Of a stretch of DNA of 32,000 bases, positions 26,034 to 32,000 are shown piece after piece (within the stretch, counting starts at the first letter, position 1; the number at the start of each line of letters is the position of its first letter). The DNA is from Desulfobulbus propionicus DSM 2032 (lineage in GTDB: Bacteria; Desulfobacterota; Desulfobulbia; Desulfobulbales; Desulfobulbaceae). The notes beneath the pieces were generated by a model. The model was not told the DNA's origin. It did no database searches and saw only the letters and a program-made list of their open reading frames with translations. The position numbers were made by a program, and so were the translations under genes. The DNA is taken from positions 2,130,001 through 2,162,000 of the forward strand of contig NC_014972.1 of the NCBI RefSeq assembly GCF_000186885.1. Direction: 5' to 3'.

Positions 26034-26786
26034 ATGGCTGCGCATCCCGCTCCGGCCATCGTCGTCGACCGGGTCAGTCTCGACTTTGCCGGCAAACCGC
26101 TGTTCCAGGATTTATCGCTGCAACTGCCCGGCGGCCGAACCACCTGCATCCTCGGCCCCAGCGGCTGCGGCAAATCGACCCTGCTCAAGCTGATCGCCGG
26201 TTCGACCGCCCTGCCCGCCAGCGGCGAGATCCGTTTTGAACCTCTTCCAGTGGCAGACACGCTGCCGGTAGCCTGGATGGGACAGAACGACCTGCTGCTC
26301 CCCTGGCTGCCGTTGGTGGACAATGTGCTGCTCGGTGCCCGCCTGCGTCATGAACTGTCTGACAGCCTGCGCCAGCAGGCCCTCCAGCTGATCCACGAAG
26401 CAGGTCTGGCCGGCTATGAACAGGCCCTGCCCCGATCCCTGTCTGGCGGCATGCGCCAGCGCGGCGCCTTGCTCCGCACCCTGATGGAACAGCGTCCGGT
26501 GCTGCTGATGGATGAACCCTTCTCGGCCCTCGATGCCCTCACCCGGATGCGGCTGCAAAACCTCGCTGCCCGGCTGACCGCCGGGGCCACCGTGGTCCTC
26601 GTCACCCATGATCCGCTCGAGGCCCTGCGCCTGGGCGACCTGATCGTGGTCCTGGCCGGTTCGCCGGTACGGGTGGCCGAGATCCTTAAACCCAACGGCC
26701 GTCCGCCGCGCGAACCGGATGATCCGGCGCTGGCCCTCCAGCATGGGCAACTGCTCCGGCTGCTGATGCAGGGAGAAGACGCATGA
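26034..26786 (+). CDS. ABC transporter ATP-binding protein, NitT/TauT family (ThiZ-like by context)
   Basis: Walker A is GPSGCGKST, the signature is LSGGMRQR, and Walker B is LLMDEPFSALD. ATG 26034 lies 10 nt after the thiD stop. The track start at 25746 is inside thiD. Confidence 0.88.
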   Translation: MAAHPAPAIVVDRVSLDFAGKPLFQDLSLQLPGGRTTCILGPSGCGKSTLLKLIAGSTALPASGEIRFEPLPVADTLPVAWMGQNDLLLPWLPLVDNVLLGARLRHELSDSLRQQALQLIHEAGLAGYEQALPRSLSGGMRQRGALLRTLMEQRPVLLMDEPFSALDALTRMRLQNLAARLTAGATVVLVTHDPLEALRLGDLIVVLAGSPVRVAEILKPNGRPPREPDDPALALQHGQLLRLLMQGEDA

Positions 26787-27538
26787 ACAAGGGACTGCGC
26801 CTGGGCATCCTCGCCGCCGGCCTGTTGCTGCTGTGGCAGCTGCTGGTCAGCCTCAGCGGCGTGCCGCCCTATATCCTTCCCGGCCCCCTGCCGGTGGCCA
26901 GGGCCTTGGCCATCCACCTGCCGGTACTCGGCCCCCATCTCGTCACCACCTTGACCGAGATCGTGCTCGGTCTGTTGCTCGGCACCGTGCTGGGCACCTC
27001 CACCGCCCTGGCCATGATCGTCTCGCCCCTGCTCAAGCGGTGGATGCTGCCGATTCTGGTGATCAGCCAGGCGATTCCGGTCTTTGCCCTGGCGCCGGTG
27101 CTGGTGCTGTGGTTCGGCTACGGCATGGGTTCAAAGGTTGTCATGGCGGTGCTGATCATCTACTTTCCGGTGACCGCCTCCTTTTACGGCGGCATGCGGC
27201 GCACCGATCCAGACCTGCTTGAGCTGGCGCGGATCATGGGCGCCCGTCCCCTGGCCGTGCTGCGCACCATCGTCATCCCCGCCGCCCTGCCCGCCTTTGC
27301 CTCGGGGGTGCGCGTGGCCACGGCGGTGGCGCCGATCGGCGCGGTGGTCGGCGAATGGGTCGGGTCCAGCGCCGGTCTTGGCTTTCTCATGCTTCATGCC
27401 AACGGACGGATGCAGATTGACCTGATGTTCGCCGCGCTCACCCTGCTTGCCGTCGTCTCCCTCGCGCTTTATTTTTGCATTGACCGTCTGCTCGACAGAC
27501 TCATCTACTGGCAACCCAACCAAGGAACATCGTTATGA
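26783..27538 (+). CDS. ABC transporter permease, NitT/TauT family (ThiX-like by context)
   Basis: 251 aa with 6 TM segments and the EAA-type loop LELARIMGARPLAVLRTIVIPAALP. It has ATGA overlaps on both sides. Confidence 0.88.
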   Translation: MNKGLRLGILAAGLLLLWQLLVSLSGVPPYILPGPLPVARALAIHLPVLGPHLVTTLTEIVLGLLLGTVLGTSTALAMIVSPLLKRWMLPILVISQAIPVFALAPVLVLWFGYGMGSKVVMAVLIIYFPVTASFYGGMRRTDPDLLELARIMGARPLAVLRTIVIPAALPAFASGVRVATAVAPIGAVVGEWVGSSAGLGFLMLHANGRMQIDLMFAALTLLAVVSLALYFCIDRLLDRLIYWQPNQGTSL

Positions 27539-28485
27539 ACAAGATCTGTCTCTGCCTCGTGGCGTTGCTCTGTGCCGCGCACCTTTCGGCAATGCCGGCA
27601 CGGGCAACGGAAAAACTGACCGTGCTGCTCGACTGGTTCGTCAACCCCGACCACGCGCCGCTCTATGTGGCCATGGAAAAAGGCTTTTTCAAGAACAAGG
27701 GACTGGAGGTCGAACTGATCGCCCCCTCCAATCCCAACGACCCGCCCAAGCTGGTGGCCGCCGGCAAGGCCGATATCGCCGTCTCCTACCAGCACCAGCA
27801 TCAGATGCAGATCGACCAGGGGCTGCCGCTAGTGCGCATCGCCACCCTGATCGCCACCCCGCTCAACTCACTGGTGGTGCTGGCCGACGGTCCGATCAAG
27901 ACCTTAGCCGATCTCAAGGGCAAGACCATCGGCTACTCGGTGGGCGGTTTCGAAACCGCGCTGCTTAAAGTGATGCTGGAAAAGGAAGGACTCAAACTCA
28001 CGGATGTCAAGCTGGTCAACGTCAACTTCTCGCTCTCGCCCTCGCTGTTTACCGGCCAAGCCGACGGCGTGATCGGTGCCTTCCGCAACTTCGAGCTCAA
28101 CCAGATGGCTATCGAGAAACGGCCGGGCCGGGCCTTCCTGGTCGAGGAATACGGCGTGCCCGCCTACGACGAACTGATTCTGGTGGCCAACACCAAGGCG
28201 GTGAGCGAACCGAAGATGCGCCGCTTCGTCGATGCCCTGGAGGAGGGGGTGCAATATCTGATCAATCATCCGGAAGAGAGTTGGCAGCTGTTTGTCGGCC
28301 ACGGACGGGAAAACCTGGATGACGAACTCAATCGCCGCGCCTGGAAGGACACCCTGCCCCGCTTTGCCCTGCGGCCGGGCGCGCTGGACAAGAATCGCTA
28401 CAACCGTTTCGCCGCCTTCCTCCAGAAAGAACAAATCGTCACCAAGGTGCCGGCACTGGACACCTGGGCGGTGGAACTGCCGTAG
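27535..28485 (+). CDS. Periplasmic NMT1/THI5-like substrate-binding protein (ThiY-like pyrimidine-precursor binding protein)
   Basis: Signal peptide MNKICLCLVALLCAAHLSAMPARA, followed by LTVLLDWFVNPDHAPLYVAMEKGFFKNKGLEVELI..., which is typical of the NMT1/THI5 fold. It lies next to thiMED. Confidence 0.8.
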   Translation: MNKICLCLVALLCAAHLSAMPARATEKLTVLLDWFVNPDHAPLYVAMEKGFFKNKGLEVELIAPSNPNDPPKLVAAGKADIAVSYQHQHQMQIDQGLPLVRIATLIATPLNSLVVLADGPIKTLADLKGKTIGYSVGGFETALLKVMLEKEGLKLTDVKLVNVNFSLSPSLFTGQADGVIGAFRNFELNQMAIEKRPGRAFLVEEYGVPAYDELILVANTKAVSEPKMRRFVDALEEGVQYLINHPEESWQLFVGHGRENLDDELNRRAWKDTLPRFALRPGALDKNRYNRFAAFLQKEQIVTKVPALDTWAVELP

Positions 28486-28549
28486 ACAGCACCGCATCGC
28501 TGCATCGGCCGTCCGGGGACGATCGACCGCCGGCAAGGAAGGGAGCCAC

Positions 28550-29983
28550 GTGGCACGGATTCTGATCATCGACACCAACCAACCCTTCCTCGACACCTTG
28601 TCGAGGGAGATCTGCCACATGGGCCATCAGGTGACGGCTGCCGACAGCCTGCGCCAGGCCCGCGCCCTGGCAGCGAGCTCGGACTTCGACGTGGTGTTCC
28701 TTAACGCCGAGATGCCCGACGGCAGCGGCATGGACGCCCTACCGGCAATCATCGAGGCCCCCTCCTTTCCCGAGGTGATCATCTTCACCGATGTCGGCGA
28801 TGCCGACCAGGCGGAGTTGGCCATCAAGATGGGGGCCTGGGACTATGTGGAACGGCCGGCCACTGCCCGGGCCATGGCCCTGTCCCTGGTGCGCGCCATC
28901 CAGTACCGGGCGCGCAAGATCCACCGTCAGCCGCACACCACCCTCAACGAGGAAACCCTCAAGGACATTGTTGGCGACAGTCCGCAGATGAAACGCTGCC
29001 TGGATCGGCTGGCCCTGTCCGCCGGCAGCGACGCCAACGTGCTCATCTCCGGCGAGACCGGGGTGGGCAAGGAACTGTTCGCGTGGGCCATCCACAACAA
29101 CAGCCGCCGGGCGGGCAAGCGATTCGTGGTGGTCGATTGCGCCGCCCTGCCGGAAACCCTGGTGGAATCGATCCTCTTCGGCTACGAGCGCGGCGCCTTC
29201 ACCGGCGCCGACAAGAGCCAGAGCGGCCTGATCAAGCGGGCGGACGGCGGCACCCTGTTCCTCGACGAGGTGGGCGAGCTGCCGCTGTCGGTGCAGAAAT
29301 CCTTTCTCCGCGTCCTCCAGGAACACAAATTCCGCCAGGTCGGCGGCGGCCAGCAGCTGCGCAGCGATTTCCGCCTGATCGCGGCCACCAATCGCGACTT
29401 GGACGTCATGGTCCAGCGCCACCGCTTCCGCAAGGACCTGCTCTTCCGCCTGCGCGCCTTCAGCCTGGAACTGCCGCCTTTGCGTGAACGGATCGAGGAC
29501 GTGCCAGCCATCGCCATCCATCATGTGGACAAGCTGTGCGAAAGCTATGGCTTGAACGGCAAGACCTTTTCCCCGGATTTCTTCGAGGTGCTCAAACGGT
29601 ACCAATGGCCGGGCAACGTGCGCGAACTGGTCAACGCCTTGGAGCGGTCCGTGTCGGCGGCCCGGCATGAACCGGTGCTGTTCCCCAAGCACCTGCCGGT
29701 CTACATCCGGGTACATCTGGCCCGAGCCTCGGTCGAGCAGGGCCAGCAAGCCACACCGAACAGTCCGCTGCCCCGGCTGGGTGGCACGGAGGGCGCTGTT
29801 TTGCCCCGGCTGGTCGATGCCCGCGAGGCGGCGATCGCCGAACTGGAACAGCGTTACCTGAAAGAACTGATGACCCAGGCCCCGGACATGCGCCAGGCCT
29901 GCGCCATTTCCGGACTGTCCCGCTCCCGGCTCTATGCCCTGCTGAAAAAGTACAACCTTCCGTCCTGCTTCCGTCTCTCCTGA
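28550..29983 (+). CDS. Sigma-54-dependent transcriptional activator (REC-AAA+-Fis HTH) with a degenerate receiver domain, GTG start
   Basis: Walker A is GETGVGKE, the sigma-54 contact loop is ERGAFTGA, and Walker B is LFLDEVGEL. WPGNVRELVNALER is present, with the C-terminal HTH ACAISGLSRSRLYALLKKYNL. In the receiver, Asn52 sits where the phospho-Asp belongs (VVFLNAEMPDG). AAGGAAGGGAG lies upstream of GTG 28550. Confidence 0.9.
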   Translation: MARILIIDTNQPFLDTLSREICHMGHQVTAADSLRQARALAASSDFDVVFLNAEMPDGSGMDALPAIIEAPSFPEVIIFTDVGDADQAELAIKMGAWDYVERPATARAMALSLVRAIQYRARKIHRQPHTTLNEETLKDIVGDSPQMKRCLDRLALSAGSDANVLISGETGVGKELFAWAIHNNSRRAGKRFVVVDCAALPETLVESILFGYERGAFTGADKSQSGLIKRADGGTLFLDEVGELPLSVQKSFLRVLQEHKFRQVGGGQQLRSDFRLIAATNRDLDVMVQRHRFRKDLLFRLRAFSLELPPLRERIEDVPAIAIHHVDKLCESYGLNGKTFSPDFFEVLKRYQWPGNVRELVNALERSVSAARHEPVLFPKHLPVYIRVHLARASVEQGQQATPNSPLPRLGGTEGAVLPRLVDAREAAIAELEQRYLKELMTQAPDMRQACAISGLSRSRLYALLKKYNLPSCFRLS

Positions 29984-30008
29984 CCGCCCTTCCATACGGT
30001 CTTGTCAT

Positions 30009-30025
30009 ACAGGATTTAATCCTGT
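30009..30025. promoter_or_regulatory. Perfect inverted repeat ACAGGATT-T-AATCCTGT, candidate enhancer (UAS) site
   Basis: Perfect 8+1+8 palindrome 26 bp after the activator gene's stop. A related half-site, CAGGATT, recurs at 30050-30056. It lies about 120-135 bp upstream of the -24/-12-like element. Confidence 0.4.
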
Positions 30026-30142
30026 CAAACGGGACACAGTTGTGCCCTGCAGGATTGCCGCATTCAGACCGGCACATGGATCACCTCTGCAACTAACTCA
30101 TTTTTCGACTTATTTCCCAAACTTTCTCTTCGCCTGTCTGGA

Positions 30143-30157
30143 TGGAACGATTCTTGG
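30143..30157 (+). promoter_or_regulatory. Sigma-54 (-24/-12)-like promoter element
   Basis: TGGAACGATTCTTGG compared with the consensus TGGCACG-N4-TTGC. The GG-to-TTG spacing is correct. There are 2 deviations, including the C of the -12 GC. It lies 190 nt upstream of ATG 30347. Confidence 0.3.
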
Positions 30158-30291
30158 ACTGGTACATTGTAGGACTCTTGTTTTTTCCCGCCACCTTGTC
30201 GTCAAGACAGGGACAGCTTTGTTGGCGTCCATTTTCCTGGAACATGCCGGCTCCCCCTGTCGCGACCTGGTGCCTTGCCCCGTGATGCACC

Positions 30292-30314
30292 CTCCTCCGC
30301 CGATCGCGGAGGGG
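30292..30314 (+). other. GC-rich hairpin in the leader of the SH3b gene
   Basis: CTCCTCCGC (30292-30300) pairs with GCGGAGGGG (30306-30314), giving a 9-bp stem including one G-U pair and a 5-nt loop CGATC. No U-run follows immediately, so it is not a clear terminator. It ends 19 nt before the AAGGAG SD. Confidence 0.4.
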
Positions 30315-30346
30315 TGTCGCTCATTTCATTCCAAGGAGTATATCTG

Positions 30347-30808
30347 ATGAAAAATGAACAATATATTTTTTCGTTTCGCGCCTGTCTTCTCGCCGCCCCG
30401 ATCATCCTGGCCCTGAGCAGTCCGGCCGGGGCCAAGAGTATTGCCAAGGATCAGGTCAACATCCGCTCAAAACCAAGTCTCTCCAGCGAAATCATTTTCA
30501 CGGCCCCCCTGGGCTACCCCATCAAGATCGAGCAGGAGGCCAACAACTGGTCCTTTTTCCACGATTGGCAAAACAATCGGGGCTGGGTCTACAAACCGCT
30601 GGTCTCGGATATCGAGACAGCGGTGGTCGTGGTCGACAAGGCAAACATCCGAAACGCTTCCAATACCCGCTCGCAGGTGGTCAGCACAGCCGAACAAGGA
30701 GAAATTTACAAGATACTCGCCAAAAAAGGCGACTGGGTCCGTCTGGGGTACTACCACGGCGGCGCGGAAGTCGGCTGGATTCACTCGGATCTCGTGTTCG
30801 GCGAATGA
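30347..30808 (+). CDS. Secreted protein with two bacterial SH3 (SH3b) domains, 153 aa
   Basis: Signal peptide ...LLAAPIILALSSPAGA|K. There are two repeats of the SH3_3 pattern (VNIRSKPSLSSEIIFTAPLGYPIKIEQEANNWSFF...GWVY and ANIRNASNTRSQVVSTAEQGEIYKILAKKGDWVRLGY...GWIH). AAGGAG lies 8 nt upstream. Confidence 0.85.
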   Translation: MKNEQYIFSFRACLLAAPIILALSSPAGAKSIAKDQVNIRSKPSLSSEIIFTAPLGYPIKIEQEANNWSFFHDWQNNRGWVYKPLVSDIETAVVVVDKANIRNASNTRSQVVSTAEQGEIYKILAKKGDWVRLGYYHGGAEVGWIHSDLVFGE

Positions 30809-30895
30809 ACCGCCTTGTGGTGTTGAACACCGGTCAACCCATGGTCCCGGCTGCGCCCTCGTGAAAGTCAGCCTAACCAAGCAGGAGGAACACAC

Positions 30896-31561
30896 ATGGG
30901 AGAACCCTTTGTTGTCAAGGATTGCACCCTCATCTCCATTGCCACCGGGCAGGAAGCGCAAAATCTGCGCGAGTTGAGCGATCGGCTGGAAACGATCCAT
31001 CCCGGGTGCATCTACTATCATTTCTGGGGCGGAATGCTCCGCTCCAGTTTCGACGAACCCGAATACCAGAATGACTTTGCCGCCTGGGCGTGGCGCAGCC
31101 TGCACGACTCCCGCCTGGCCGAGCGGCTGGCGATCATCGACCCCAGCCACCATCGGGAGATGGACGACCTGCGGCGGGAACTGCTGGACGTGATCGAGGA
31201 GCGGCTGGCGGAAAGCGAGTTCGTGCCCTGGGCTCGCGCCGGACAGCGGTTCAAGTTCATCCGCTCGCAGATCCTGGTGTTCGATACCGGATGCCGGATT
31301 CTGAAACCGCGGGACATGGCCGAACAGATCGCCCGCATGTCGCTGGGGTCGATCTTTTACCATTTCATCGATGCCCGGCGGCGCACGGAGCGCGGCCGCA
31401 GCGATTTTGTCGAATGGCTGGCCAGCTTCGGCAACGGCGATTATGACGAGCTGATCAAAAACATCAATGCCATCGACCCCTATTTCACCACTCTGGCGGA
31501 ACTGCGCCGGGAACTGGCCGGGGTTTTCGACCGCTGTCTTGCCGAAGGAGGGACCCCATGA
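30896..31561 (+). CDS. Conserved-looking protein of unknown function (221 aa), translationally coupled to the treT-like gene
   Basis: Good SD (AGGAGG at 30881-30886). The composition is soluble and acidic/aromatic-rich, with no motif I can assign to a named family. Its stop overlaps the next gene's ATG (ATGA at 31558-31561). Confidence 0.75.
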   Translation: MGEPFVVKDCTLISIATGQEAQNLRELSDRLETIHPGCIYYHFWGGMLRSSFDEPEYQNDFAAWAWRSLHDSRLAERLAIIDPSHHREMDDLRRELLDVIEERLAESEFVPWARAGQRFKFIRSQILVFDTGCRILKPRDMAEQIARMSLGSIFYHFIDARRRTERGRSDFVEWLASFGNGDYDELIKNINAIDPYFTTLAELRRELAGVFDRCLAEGGTP

Positions 31562-32000
31562 CCAGTGTACTCGAACGCTATGTCCCCATTGTCGGCGCCG
31601 AGGTCATCGACCATCTCCGCCATCTGGCCGAACCGCTCAGGGGCATGAAGGTCGTGCACGTCAACTCCACCCGCGAGGGCGGCGGCGTGGCCGAGATTCT
31701 CAGCTGGCTGATTCCCTTCAAGCGGGAACTGGGCCTGGATGCCCGGTGGGAGGTGATCTCCGGCGAGAAGGATTTTTATCAGTGCACCAAGAGCTTCCAT
31801 AACGGGCTGCAAGGCACGCCGGTGGCGCTTCCGTCGTCCCTGCTCCGCGCCTATGAGCAAACCAATCGCGACAATGCCGAGCGGTTGCGTCCCCTTCTGG
31901 AGGACGCGGATTTCGTCTTTATCCATGACCCGCAGCCCGCGCCGCTGCTCCGTCTCTGTCCCGGCCGCAAGGGCAAATGGGTGTGGCGCTGCCATATCGA
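31558..32000 (+). CDS. treT: TreT-like trehalose glycosyltransferring synthase (GT4), N-terminal 147 aa only; continues beyond the right edge
   Basis: The sequence MTSVLERYVPIVGAEVIDHLRHLAEPLRGMKVVHVNSTREGGGVAEILSWLIPFKRELGLDARWEVISGEKDFYQCTKSFHNGLQG...FIHDPQPAPLL...WVWRCHI closely parallels the archaeal TreT N-terminus as I remember it (HVNSTxFGGGVAEIL, FFNVTKTFHNALQG, HDPQPAAL, WRCHID). It is absent from the track because the reading frame is open at the edge. Confidence 0.75.
   Translation, partial: MTSVLERYVPIVGAEVIDHLRHLAEPLRGMKVVHVNSTREGGGVAEILSWLIPFKRELGLDARWEVISGEKDFYQCTKSFHNGLQGTPVALPSSLLRAYEQTNRDNAERLRPLLEDADFVFIHDPQPAPLLRLCPGRKGKWVWRCHI

Noticed and set aside
23644-26323. Minus-strand ORFs of 394 aa and 356 aa opposite thiM/thiE/thiD and the ABC ATPase
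   Set aside because: These are antisense artefacts of high GC. The sense strand carries all the diagnostic Thi and Walker motifs.
28739-29995. 418-aa minus-strand ORF opposite the sigma-54 activator
   Set aside because: It is an antisense artefact. The sense strand has GAFTGA, Walker A/B and the Fis HTH.
30042-30347. 101-aa ORF filling the activator-SH3b intergenic region
   Set aside because: There is no SD and the composition is atypical. It overlaps the candidate promoter and hairpin elements and ends exactly at the SH3b start. It is more likely non-coding leader/promoter DNA.
1-32000. Mobile elements, prophage, CRISPR arrays, toxin-antitoxin or dedicated defence systems
   Set aside because: I could see no transposase, integrase or recombinase-like ORFs, no terminal inverted repeats flanking a gene block, and no short-period direct repeat arrays. 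GC content is uniform apart from the one intergenic region.

Overview
GC-rich (roughly 60%) bacterial chromosomal segment. The gene content looks like an anaerobic deltaproteobacterial (Desulfobacterota-type) genome, which is inference only.

Left to right:
- feoB-feoA-feoA on the minus strand, with feoB cut by the left edge.
- A 706-bp divergent intergenic region, mostly very AT-rich, containing several palindromes.
- A ~12.8-kb plus-strand gene string with tiny gaps. It holds a signal-less molybdopterin (bis-MGD) oxidoreductase, a four-cluster ferredoxin-type subunit, and nuoABCD-HIJKLMN with nuoEFG absent.
- Two translationally coupled lipoproteins.
- A stand-alone FeoB-type gate-domain membrane protein and an MFS transporter.
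- A LysM + RlpA-like (DPBB) protein.
- An EamA/DMT transporter (minus strand) divergent from selO.
- A HAD hydrolase.
- A thiamine salvage block, thiM-thiE-thiD plus a ThiXYZ-like ABC importer.
- An orphan sigma-54 enhancer-binding protein with a degenerate receiver domain.
- An SH3b protein, an unknown protein and a TreT-like trehalose synthase, the last cut by the right edge.

I recognised no rRNA, tRNA, CRISPR array, transposase, integrase or defence genes.

The best candidate for something undescribed is the cytoplasmic Mo/W enzyme plus FeS subunit placed directly in front of a complex I operon that lacks its NADH-oxidising module. This suggests an alternative electron-input module. Secondary leads are the phospho-acceptor-less sigma-54 activator with a plausible UAS and -24/-12 promoter feeding the trehalose cluster, and the unknown protein translationally coupled to treT.

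The many long antisense ORFs in the track are GC-content artefacts.
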